In this document: one piece after another, positions 11,736 to 20,959 of the stretch | How the letters are laid out: each line of letters opens with the position of its first letter | How positions within the stretch are numbered: position 1 is the first letter of the stretch | Assembly: GCA_964226535.1 (NCBI GenBank) | Contig: CAXQRK010000125.1 | Location: 1 to 51,367, forward strand | DNA from: Polaribacter sp. | GTDB lineage: Bacteria; Verrucomicrobiota; Verrucomicrobiia; Opitutales; Coraliomargaritaceae | Length of the DNA stretch: 51,367 nt | Direction: 5' to 3' | Notes under the pieces: model-generated | Seen by the model: only the letters and a program-made list of their open reading frames with translations | Told to the model about the DNA's origin: nothing | Databases searched by the model: none | Made by a program: the position numbers and the translations under genes

Positions 11736-12731
11736 ATGCACATGAAATTAGTGGAATTTGGTAGTAGTGGATTACAGGTCAGTGTAATGGGACTGGGATT
11801 GGCTGCATTGGGTCGACCGGGCTATATCAACCTCGGGCATGGAGATGATTTACAACACAACTATGCGCTAGGCGCGATGCAGGATCATACGGCTACAATG
11901 TTATCCCAAGCGTATGCTCTGGGCATTCGTTATTTCGATGCCGCACGCAGTTATGGCAAAGCTGAAACATTTCTGGCCAATTGGCTCAGCAAGCAGAATT
12001 ATCACGATATTATTTGTGGTTCCAAGTGGGGCTATACCTACACGGCAGACTGGTCCATTGATGCTGAGGTACATGAAGTTAAGCAACACAGTGTAGATGT
12101 TTTAAAGCGTCAGTGGGATGAATCACAGGATACCCTGGGGAATCAACTCCATATCTATCATATTCATTCTGCAACATTGGAGAGTGGGGTATTGGATAAC
12201 AAGGATGTCATCAAGCGACTTTGGGAATTAAAGGAGGCAGGAACGATCATTGGTTTATCCTTAAGTGGTGCTGGCCAGGAACACACCCTCGAAAAAGCCC
12301 TCTCAATTCAATCTGCTAAAACATATTTGTTTGGCTCGGTACAAGTGACCTGGAATATTTTGGAACAGTCAATGAATGATGTGCTCCTGCGAACCTTCGA
12401 TGCGGGTATTGGAGTCATTGTCAAAGAATCCCTCGCCAATGGTCGACTCACACTGCGAAATCAGGAGACACGCTTTAATGCCACAAAAATCTTACTGGCC
12501 GACATGGCTAAAGCTTACGATGTTTCAATGGACGCATTGGCCATTGCCTATGTCTTGCAGCAGCCATGGAGCAGCATCGTGCTCAGCGGCGCAGCAAGTC
12601 TCGAACATTTGGTATCGAATTGTCATGCCCACACAATTGAAATGGATACCAGTGATCTGCACCGACTATCCACTGTATCGGAAGCACCTGAAAAATATTG
12701 GCAGACACGCGCTTATTTAAAATGGAATTAG
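11736..12731 (+). CDS. Aldo/keto reductase
   Basis: GSSGLQVSVMGLG, YFDAARSYG, SKWG, IHSA and KESLANGRL motifs. Confidence 0.9.
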   Translation: MHMKLVEFGSSGLQVSVMGLGLAALGRPGYINLGHGDDLQHNYALGAMQDHTATMLSQAYALGIRYFDAARSYGKAETFLANWLSKQNYHDIICGSKWGYTYTADWSIDAEVHEVKQHSVDVLKRQWDESQDTLGNQLHIYHIHSATLESGVLDNKDVIKRLWELKEAGTIIGLSLSGAGQEHTLEKALSIQSAKTYLFGSVQVTWNILEQSMNDVLLRTFDAGIGVIVKESLANGRLTLRNQETRFNATKILLADMAKAYDVSMDALAIAYVLQQPWSSIVLSGAASLEHLVSNCHAHTIEMDTSDLHRLSTVSEAPEKYWQTRAYLKWN

Positions 12732-12753
12732 CGGCAAAAGACCTAAAGGATAT

Positions 12754-14529
12754 TTGACTGTAATGGCTGAAACAAAGGTAGATCTGGTTATTATTTTATT
12801 GGTGTTTGATCAGCGTAATCGCTTACTCGTCCGGATTGGTCGCGATGGGCATGCCGAGCCAACGCATGTTGAGACAGGACTGAGCACCGCTGCAATCGAT
12901 GAGCAATGGTTAGAAGGAATTACCGGCCTGGCAGGAAAGGTGCACGCGTTAACCACGCTACAACTTGACGGTCAGAGCCTGGCAGTGTACAGCGCACGTC
13001 AACCCGGCCTCCAATTAAGCGGCACTGATTATTACAGCTTGGATCAGCTGTTGAATAAAGGTCCAGATTCAACCGTACCAGCGTCTCCTTTTCTACGCCA
13101 GGTGTTAAACGGAATAGAATCTGATTTAATCCGCATCCCGTATCTCGATTTAAGTGAGAATGAATATATCTATCGCTTTCGAACATCCAAAGAGCGCAAT
13201 CGAAATATTTATATCGACCACCAATCGGCAGCGCTTTACCAAAGCGAGCTATGCAAGGTGATTAAAACCGCCAGACGCAGCAAAGAAAAATTCTCAGGAG
13301 AGCCAGCGGTATTGGATTTTGGTCCAGTCCGCTATGTAATTCCAAGTCATTTTGGATTTTGCCTGGGCGTTCAAAATGCAATTGAACGTGCTTATGAAAC
13401 CGTTAGCCTAAATCCCGGCAAGCGTGTTTTTATGCTTAGTGAATTAATTCATAATGCCTTCGTCAATCAGGATTTATTGGCTAGGGGGCTTCGTTACCTT
13501 CAGACTGACAAAGGTTTATACATTTGTGAGGATGGCTCGACCACGGCACAAAAAAACCATCCGCAAGCACTGTGGAATCAATTAACTGAAAACGATATTG
13601 TGATTATCCCGGCATTTGGTGCAACCAATGAAGACAAGGTACGTTTGTTGCGACGTGGACTCAATATACTCGAGCATGATGCTACCTGTATGTTGGTGGA
13701 GAAAGTATGGAAAGCGGCGCGGCGCTATGCCCAGGCAGGCTTTACAGTGCTGATTCATGGTAAATCAGAGCATGAAGAGACCAAAGCGACCTTTTCGAAC
13801 AGCGCACGATATGGTCCAGCACTCATCGTGCGCAACATGGAGCATATCCGTTTATTAATTGAAGTGATTGAAACAGATGAACCAGAAAAAAAACAAGCTT
13901 TGTTTAAGGCATCTTTTGAGGGCTTGCATTCCGAAGGCTTCAATCCGGCACGCGATTTAAGCAAATTGGCTGTGGTGAATCAAACCACGCTGCTGCGCAA
14001 TGAAACACTAAATATTATTGCGCATTTGAAAACCTTTACTACAGAGCGTTATGGAAATGCGCAGCTGGCCTCGCACTTATGGTTGAAAGGCGGTGATACC
14101 CTCTGTTATGCAACGCAAGTTAATCAGGACGCGCTACACAAAGCGATTGCTCAACCCATTGATGTGGCGCTGATCGTCGGTGGCAAGAATAGTTCAAATA
14201 CCTTCCAATTATATCGCGTCTGTGAACAGCGTTTGGGTGCACAGGCGCATTATATCCAGTCTGAATCGAATATTCTGTCCAGAAATCAGATACGGCACTA
14301 TCGGTTCCCCGATCCAGCGGATCGATTGTGTGCTTTAAACGAGGAAATTCGACCTTTTCTCGACGCATCCGCAGGCCCCAAATGTATTTTATTGACCGGT
14401 GGAGCGTCCTGTCCGGATGGAATCATTCAACAGATTATCCATAAGATTAATAGCTTTTTTCCAGCCGAATCCATTCGCCCACTGGAATCAATTGTTGCCA
14501 CTTTCGAACGTGACTGCATCCAGTCATAA
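12754..14529 (+). CDS. ispH: 4-hydroxy-3-methylbut-2-enyl diphosphate reductase with ~190-aa N-terminal extension
   Basis: Three Fe-S cysteines (FGFCLGV, DATCMLV, TLCYATQ), plus IHN, HEET, GGKNSSNT and GGASCPD. Confidence 0.92.
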   Translation: MTVMAETKVDLVIILLVFDQRNRLLVRIGRDGHAEPTHVETGLSTAAIDEQWLEGITGLAGKVHALTTLQLDGQSLAVYSARQPGLQLSGTDYYSLDQLLNKGPDSTVPASPFLRQVLNGIESDLIRIPYLDLSENEYIYRFRTSKERNRNIYIDHQSAALYQSELCKVIKTARRSKEKFSGEPAVLDFGPVRYVIPSHFGFCLGVQNAIERAYETVSLNPGKRVFMLSELIHNAFVNQDLLARGLRYLQTDKGLYICEDGSTTAQKNHPQALWNQLTENDIVIIPAFGATNEDKVRLLRRGLNILEHDATCMLVEKVWKAARRYAQAGFTVLIHGKSEHEETKATFSNSARYGPALIVRNMEHIRLLIEVIETDEPEKKQALFKASFEGLHSEGFNPARDLSKLAVVNQTTLLRNETLNIIAHLKTFTTERYGNAQLASHLWLKGGDTLCYATQVNQDALHKAIAQPIDVALIVGGKNSSNTFQLYRVCEQRLGAQAHYIQSESNILSRNQIRHYRFPDPADRLCALNEEIRPFLDASAGPKCILLTGGASCPDGIIQQIIHKINSFFPAESIRPLESIVATFERDCIQS

Positions 14530-14839
14530 ATCCGCATGCATATGATCCTAAATTCGGGCTTTGGATCCGCGATCCTTCGCAATATTTTGCCCCACAAGGC
14601 ATTGCAAATTCGATTTGATGCACCAAATGGTGCGCCTTGACGCCTTTGCAATGCCCTGTGAAAAAAAATCTTACAAAATCACCTCGACTCCAACTCCCGA
14701 ATTTAGGATGATTAGTCAGTAGTCGGGCAAACGGGTCTTGCTCAGGAAGCGCTTCAAGCTTCAGGTGGCGTTGCACTTGCTGTTTAGCCTCTTTGATTTG
14801 TTGGAGTTGTTGCATCCTCGATTCGATTTCATCCAGCAA
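14524..14839 (-). pseudogene. Small coiled-coil ORF remnant interrupted by the MITE
   Basis: Removing the MITE and one ATGAT gives ...LDEIESRMQQLQQIKEAKQQ...RLLTNHMHADL-stop ending at 14524, just overlapping the ispH stop. An in-frame TAA lies just upstream of the TTG start. Confidence 0.4.
14547..14707. mobile_element. 161-bp MITE (non-autonomous, IS1380-like ends)
   Basis: 19-bp terminal inverted repeats (14547-14565 and 14689-14707, 17/19 match) flanked by direct repeat ATGAT (14542-14546 and 14708-14712); internal 16-bp inverted repeat. Confidence 0.85.
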
Positions 14840-14938
14840 TTCTGCTTAGCTAAGAACCCAGTGTCGGTCGTGCCTGCGGCTGGGTGCCCAACAGCCAACT
14901 GTTGACAAGCCAGACCTATGGTACCAGGCCTCGGTACG

Positions 14939-16390
14939 CTATGCGCGTTTACCATGCAGCGAAAGTAGGCGTACACTCACACACAGCAACCCATTGAAAA
15001 CCAGCCAATAGACGGGACTTTGAAAAATAAAGTCCACACCGGCATGTACGAATGCCATGCTCAAACCAATCAGCAGCATCACTGCGCTTAGGGCATTTCC
15101 CGACGAGCGAATCAACAGGCACCAGACCCAGCAGCCAACAATCAGGACGAGGCAACTACAACCGATGATCCCATATTCACACAAAAATTGCACGATATCA
15201 TTATGCGCGTACTTGTAAAATTTTCGACCGATCCAACCGCGTGTGGGATGGTAGCGCTCATAGTAAATCTCTGGATAACTCTTCTGGTACATTGGAAAAA
15301 TATAGCGCCATGAGCCTGCGCCCCAGCCCAGCCATAAGCGCTCCTGCGCCATCTTCCAGGTGATCTTGGTGGTGATCATTCGTGAATCCTGATCGGCTGT
15401 CCGAATGGTCGCTTCAATATCTCCAAAGCGTCGCTCGATATCCTCAAGGTTCACATATTGGAACATCGTATACGCACCGCTACCGAGCAATAGTGCGATT
15501 AATACGGTTAGAACGATTGAGTTTTGCATGGATCCCGAAAACATCCAACGCGCTGCAGCAAGAACAAAAAAGCAGACGGCGAGTACACTGCCGAACACAA
15601 TGCCCCCGCGCGAAAGCGCCAATCCGATTGAGGTATACAACACCGCCACAAAAACAAACAGCAACAAATGTGGACCACCACTTAAACCGCGCCGCTCTGC
15701 CTGATTAAAATGATAGAAATACAATACGCCACAAGCGCAAATAATTAAGTTCAAATAGCCCACTGCCTGGTTGCGGTAAAAAAAAGTCCCCCAAAAATTG
15801 AGGTTGGACGATGGCACTGTCCAGAGCACTGCATCTGCCCCGGAGAACTTTTGTAAAATGGCCACGATCGCCATACCTACGCCACTAATGATTAGGGACC
15901 ACAGTACAATAATCGCACTTTTACGCCGCCGCACGCCAACCCAGAGTCCCCAGACCAGGGTAAATGCTGCGACAAAACTAGACAGCACTCGAAACGCATT
16001 CATTGGTACATAAGTTGCATCGACACCGCTTGGCAGCCAACCAATCCCGTCCACTTCTTCAACCCACCAGCCACTTTCATCACGCAACTGTACCCAGGCT
16101 GGGTTCAAGCCCTGAATAAAAATATAAGCCATAAAAGCGACACTCAACCAGAACACGGGAAATTGCAGCAAGCGTTTGATATTTCGCACATTGCTGTGCT
16201 CCCCATCCATCCCGTTCCAGGCTGATGGCAGTGGTATAATTGAGACGCACCAGGTCAACAACCCACCGACTAACAATGTATGCAAGGACCAAAGTTGCAC
16301 ACCTGCCAGGCCCCAGGCCGAAAACACCAAGGTCGCGCCAGCAAGCCCTACGACCACGCGCTCACGGGGTGCTACCGCTGGAACTCCCAT
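14939..16390 (-). CDS. O-antigen ligase family (Wzy_C) membrane protein
   Basis: About 12 TM segments; SRGG, GWGAGSW and AHNDIVQFLCEYG motifs. Confidence 0.85.
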   Translation of the reverse strand: MGVPAVAPRERVVVGLAGATLVFSAWGLAGVQLWSLHTLLVGGLLTWCVSIIPLPSAWNGMDGEHSNVRNIKRLLQFPVFWLSVAFMAYIFIQGLNPAWVQLRDESGWWVEEVDGIGWLPSGVDATYVPMNAFRVLSSFVAAFTLVWGLWVGVRRRKSAIIVLWSLIISGVGMAIVAILQKFSGADAVLWTVPSSNLNFWGTFFYRNQAVGYLNLIICACGVLYFYHFNQAERRGLSGGPHLLLFVFVAVLYTSIGLALSRGGIVFGSVLAVCFFVLAAARWMFSGSMQNSIVLTVLIALLLGSGAYTMFQYVNLEDIERRFGDIEATIRTADQDSRMITTKITWKMAQERLWLGWGAGSWRYIFPMYQKSYPEIYYERYHPTRGWIGRKFYKYAHNDIVQFLCEYGIIGCSCLVLIVGCWVWCLLIRSSGNALSAVMLLIGLSMAFVHAGVDFIFQSPVYWLVFNGLLCVSVRLLSLHGKRA

Positions 16391-16398
16391 AATGGCGC

Positions 16399-17385
16399 TT
16401 AAGAAAGATTCGTTTGATAGATGTCGTGCAAGCGCAGCAATCCGATGAGCCGATGTGTTTCACTGCTCACCACTGGCAATACCGAAATCTGCGACGGTCG
16501 ATTCTCCATCATGCGCACCGCATCGCCCAATGACATTTCTGGAGAGGTGCAAACAGGTGTTTTTGTCATACAAGTTCCGGCTTTCAAAGTTAAGATATCT
16601 CCCTCTTTCGACAGCAGGCGGCGAATGTCACCATCTGTAATGATTCCGATTAAACAACCTGCTGGATCCGTCACACAAGCTCCGCCCAATGGAAATGTCG
16701 TCATTCGAATCACCACTTCACGCAATGTTTCTTCAGCTTGAGCGCAGGCGACTTGATCCGCGGCATGCATAACATCGCCAACCGTCATGAGTAGATTACG
16801 ACCCAGTTGACCGCCTGGATGATAGGTCGCAAATTGTTCTTTGGTAAACGCACGTGCCTGCACCAAGGCCGCAGCCAGAGCATCACCAATTGCCAAACTC
16901 ACTGTCGAACTCGACGTTGGCATTAGGTTTAGCGGATCCGCCTCACTCTCGACACTACTATCCAGTACCACATCAGCCGCCGCCGCAATCGGTGAGTGTA
17001 TATTGCCTACAATTGCAATGACTGAAGAAGCAAATTTCTTAAACAGTGGCATCAAGCGTAGAACTTCGGCCGTGCTGCCACTTTTTGAAAGCACAATGGT
17101 CGGATCTCCTGGCTGGTAAACTCCCAGATCCCCATGAATTGCTTCGGCTGCATGCAAGAATACCGAGGGAACACCGCAACTCGACAGGGTTGCCGCCAAT
17201 TTTGTGCCGATATGACCAGACTTTCCAATCCCACAAATGACTAATTTTGTCTTCGACTCCAGAATTACATCCAAGGCTCGCTCAAAGGAATCGCCCAGGC
17301 GCTGCGCGGCAATTTGTATCGCAGCAGCTTCTGCTTGCATTGCTTGACGTCCGAGTTCGAGACGATTGAGCCCTGAATGATCCAT
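16399..17385 (-). CDS. kdsD: Arabinose-5-phosphate isomerase, KpsF/GutQ family
   Basis: GIGKSGHIG, EAIHGDLG, MPTSSST and HPGGQLG motifs, with a C-terminal CBS pair. Confidence 0.93.
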   Translation of the reverse strand: MDHSGLNRLELGRQAMQAEAAAIQIAAQRLGDSFERALDVILESKTKLVICGIGKSGHIGTKLAATLSSCGVPSVFLHAAEAIHGDLGVYQPGDPTIVLSKSGSTAEVLRLMPLFKKFASSVIAIVGNIHSPIAAAADVVLDSSVESEADPLNLMPTSSSTVSLAIGDALAAALVQARAFTKEQFATYHPGGQLGRNLLMTVGDVMHAADQVACAQAEETLREVVIRMTTFPLGGACVTDPAGCLIGIITDGDIRRLLSKEGDILTLKAGTCMTKTPVCTSPEMSLGDAVRMMENRPSQISVLPVVSSETHRLIGLLRLHDIYQTNLS

Positions 17386-17521
17386 ACGGGAGAGTTAACT
17401 CGGTTTAGCCGCAAAGGTAAAGCACTATCATCGATCGTGTGGTATCACTTTCAAGCTCGCGATCTTGACAACATACTCTAGTCGTTCACATCTTATCAAA
17501 CCATTCACCTCTTTACATATC

Positions 17522-18301
17522 ATGATAAAAAAAATCGTTCTTTTTGTGATCATAGTCGCGCTAATCGGTATTGCCTTGATCTATTTTTTTGGCTCAGGTG
17601 TTTTAAACAAAGGAATTAAACTGGGAGTGGAGAAATTCGGACCGCAAATGACACAAACGCCGGTCCAGCTGGATGCGGTTGATGTATCAATTCTATCTGG
17701 CAACGGCACGCTGACCGGCCTGTATGTTGGCAACCCAGACGGCTATAAAAGCGAGCATATCTTTGCACTGGGACAAATCGATATCGATCTTGACCCCAAA
17801 TCGGTGTTTAGCGATCGTATCATCATTAATCAGATCTACATCCGCAAACCTGAAATTAGTTACGAAAAAACCCTGCTGAGTTCCAATCTTAAGGAACTGA
17901 TTGAAAATATCGAAAACTACTCCGACAGTGCCGAGCAGCCGCCCAAAAGCCCGGTTAAACAAGATCCAGCTGCGCAGGATGCGCCGTCCAAGCAAGTGCT
18001 GATTGAGCAACTCATCATTGAAGAGGGCACTATTTTCGTCGGCCTAATGGGATCCGGCACCACGGTTGCTCTTCCTCGCATCGAAATGCATCATATCGGC
18101 CAAGACGGCAACAGACAGAGCATGGCAGCACTCCTCGAGCAGGTCCTCCGTAAAGTCCTGCAGTCGATCGGCCCCGCGATTGCAGATGCAGACGAGCTGA
18201 TTAGTAAAAACGGCAAAGCAATTTTAGATTCGGCAGGGGCACAGGGAGAAAGCATGCTCAAGCAAGCAAACGAAAACATCAAAGGTTTATTTCGAAAATA
18301 A
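17522..18301 (+). CDS. AsmA-like / DUF748 membrane-anchored protein
   Basis: N-terminal TM anchor (MIKKIVLFVIIVALIG), GLYVGNPDGY and beta-rich AsmA-like pattern. Confidence 0.65.
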   Translation: MIKKIVLFVIIVALIGIALIYFFGSGVLNKGIKLGVEKFGPQMTQTPVQLDAVDVSILSGNGTLTGLYVGNPDGYKSEHIFALGQIDIDLDPKSVFSDRIIINQIYIRKPEISYEKTLLSSNLKELIENIENYSDSAEQPPKSPVKQDPAAQDAPSKQVLIEQLIIEEGTIFVGLMGSGTTVALPRIEMHHIGQDGNRQSMAALLEQVLRKVLQSIGPAIADADELISKNGKAILDSAGAQGESMLKQANENIKGLFRK

Positions 18302-18665
18302 ACCTTTATCACGATGATTTTTTGTCTGCTTAAAAAACAGGCGATGCCTTTTGCCGCGATGTGTTAGTCGAACCGTGATCATTCCGGCGCATCGACTTTG
18401 CACGATTCGCAAAGCGGCTTGCTTAACGATACCGACCCAAATAAGAAAGCCGACCTACACCAAACAATTACCAAGTACGTTTCTTGTGACGATTTGACTT
18501 CAAACGCTTACGGCGCTTGTGGTTGTTCATTTTGAGACGACGCTTTTTCTTGAGGTTACCCATGGAAATATCTATGCTGTGTTGGATGAAAAGCCATTTA
18601 AAAAGTCAAAAGACCGCCGCAGTGTAAAGCGTTTTTTGAAATTATTGTATGGCACATTGAAGTGG

Positions 18666-20756
18666 TTATTTGCGCTTGGCTGCTTCACGCTCCAAGGCTT
18701 CTTTGATCACGATTTCAGCGACATTTTTCGGGCATGGTGCGTAGTGCGAGAACTCCATTGAAAATTGTCCACGTCCAGATGTCATGGTGCGCAGAGCACC
18801 AATATAGCCGAACATTTCACTCAGTGGTGCATCGGCCTTGATGCGCACACCGGTATTGCTCGGCTCTTGTGTTTTGATCATGCCGCGGCGGCGATTCAAA
18901 TCACCGATCACATCGCCCATTTTATCTTCTGTGCAGAACACGTCGATTTTCATGATCGGCTCGAGGATTTCTGGAACCGCTTTGGGCATAGACTGGCGAT
19001 AGGCGGCCTTGGCCGCAATTTCAAAGGCCACTGCGGACGAATCCACCGCGTGAAATGCGCCGTCTTTGAGAGTGACCTTAAAGTCTAAGCATGGATAACC
19101 GGCCAGTACGCCCTTTTCCTTGGATAGCTTGAAGCCTTTTTCAACCGCAGGCCAAAATTCACGCGGCACATTTCCACCAACCACCTGGGATTCGAATTCA
19201 AAACCTGTGCCCGGCTCAAGTGGCTCAAGCATGTAATCGATCTTTGCAAATTGACCGGAACCGCCAGACTGCTTCTTGTGCAGATAGGTATCTTCAATGG
19301 TTTGGGTGATGCTTTCCCGGTAGGCCACTTGTGGCTTGCCCACGATTGCCTCCACCCCATAAGTGCGTTTGAGGATATCAACTTTGATGTCCAGATGCAA
19401 TTCACCCATGCCTTTGAGAATGGTCTCACCGGAATCATCATCGGTTTCCACCTTAAACGAGGGGTCTTCGGCAACCATCTTGCCAATCGCAACGCCCATC
19501 TTTTCGGACTGGCCTTGATCTTTCGGCTTGACTGCGATCGAGATCACCGGATCGGGGAATACCATCGGCTCAAGGATAGCCGGGTGGTTGGGGTCGCACA
19601 GTGTGTGACCAGTTTGCACGGACTTCATTCCGAGCAGGGCGATGATATCACCGGCCTGAGCGGAATCGATTTCGCTGCGTTCGTCGGCATGCATTTCAAT
19701 AATACGCCCGATACGCTCGGTCTTGCCGGTTGCGGTATTCAGCACGGACATGCCCTTGCTCAGCTTGCCGGAGTAGATGCGGGTAAAGGTCAATGCGCCA
19801 TACTTGTCATCCATGATCTTAAATGCCAGTGCCCGCAGCGGACGATTTGGATCGACGATCGCCTTTTCACCGGTTTCAGTACCTTCAAGATCGACTTCGG
19901 GCTGCGGAGTGACATCAGTGGGACAGGGCAGATAGTCAACCACTGCATTCAGGACGTTTTGCACGCCTTTGTTCTTGAACGAAGAACCACAAAATGTGGG
20001 GAAAAAGTCCAAATGAATGGTGCCTTTACGGATGCATTTTTTGAGGGTCTCGATAGAAGGCTCTTCACCTTCAAGATAGGCTTCCATTGCGGCCTCGTCT
20101 TGTTCCACGGCGGTCTCAATTAGTTGTTCTCGATAGGTTTCGACTTTATCAACCATATCTGCGGGCACTTCTTCAAGTGTGTAATTCATCGGATCTCCCG
20201 AGTCATCCCAGACCCATGCCTTACGGGTCAGTAGGTCCACCACTCCTTTGAGATTGCTTTCGGTTCCGATCGGGAGCACCATAACCAAGGGTGTCGCGCC
20301 GAGCACATCCTTTACCTGCTGCACTACTTTGTAGAAATCGGCACCGATACGATCCAGTTTATTGACATAGATAATACGAGCGACCGCGGAATCATTTGCA
20401 TAGCGCCAGTTGGTTTCTGACTGCGGCTCCACCCCACCGGAACCACAGAACACCCCGATTCCGCCATCCAATACTTTCAGTGAGCGATACACTTCCACCG
20501 TGAAATCAACGTGTCCGGGAGTATCGATAATATTGAAGCGGTGATCCTGCCAGAAACAAGTCGTAGCTGCGGATTGAATGGTGATGCCGCGCTCTTGTTC
20601 CTGCTCCATAAAGTCCGTGGTGGCGGCACCATCATGCACCTCGCCCAACTTGTGGATTTTACCGGTGAGCTTTAAAATACGCTCGGTTGTGGTCGTTTTG
20701 CCGGCATCTACGTGGGCGAAGATACCAATATTTCGGTATTTTGACAGTTCGGACAT
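18666..20756 (-). CDS. fusA: Elongation factor G (stand-alone copy)
   Basis: [37 protein letters not shown] and DSS motifs; 696 aa. Confidence 0.97.
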   Translation of the reverse strand: MSELSKYRNIGIFAHVDAGKTTTTERILKLTGKIHKLGEVHDGAATTDFMEQEQERGITIQSAATTCFWQDHRFNIIDTPGHVDFTVEVYRSLKVLDGGIGVFCGSGGVEPQSETNWRYANDSAVARIIYVNKLDRIGADFYKVVQQVKDVLGATPLVMVLPIGTESNLKGVVDLLTRKAWVWDDSGDPMNYTLEEVPADMVDKVETYREQLIETAVEQDEAAMEAYLEGEEPSIETLKKCIRKGTIHLDFFPTFCGSSFKNKGVQNVLNAVVDYLPCPTDVTPQPEVDLEGTETGEKAIVDPNRPLRALAFKIMDDKYGALTFTRIYSGKLSKGMSVLNTATGKTERIGRIIEMHADERSEIDSAQAGDIIALLGMKSVQTGHTLCDPNHPAILEPMVFPDPVISIAVKPKDQGQSEKMGVAIGKMVAEDPSFKVETDDDSGETILKGMGELHLDIKVDILKRTYGVEAIVGKPQVAYRESITQTIEDTYLHKKQSGGSGQFAKIDYMLEPLEPGTGFEFESQVVGGNVPREFWPAVEKGFKLSKEKGVLAGYPCLDFKVTLKDGAFHAVDSSAVAFEIAAKAAYRQSMPKAVPEILEPIMKIDVFCTEDKMGDVIGDLNRRRGMIKTQEPSNTGVRIKADAPLSEMFGYIGALRTMTSGRGQFSMEFSHYAPCPKNVAEIVIKEALEREAAKRK

Positions 20757-20959
20757 GAGTTTAGATTGAATCGGTGTATGGGTTGGGTTGACGACTTGAA
20801 TTTAAGCGCTCGGGAGACCGAGGCGCTATCCGTAAAATTTTAAAAGGAGACGCACAATACAGGTCATTTTAAATACTGCAAGGTAAGAAAATAGAGAATT
20901 TGTTTGAGTACTGCTGCTGGCCCTGTAATGATTTAATCGGACTCAACGGGAATGAATGG

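Noticed and set aside
18302-18665. 364-bp gap between convergent genes as a hidden gene or RNA
   Set aside because: No convincing ORF, repeat or stable structure seen by eye.
19251-20123. 290-aa ORF opposite fusA, and similar long antisense ORFs in miaA, leuS and uvrA
   Set aside because: Antisense frames of conserved housekeeping genes with no motifs.
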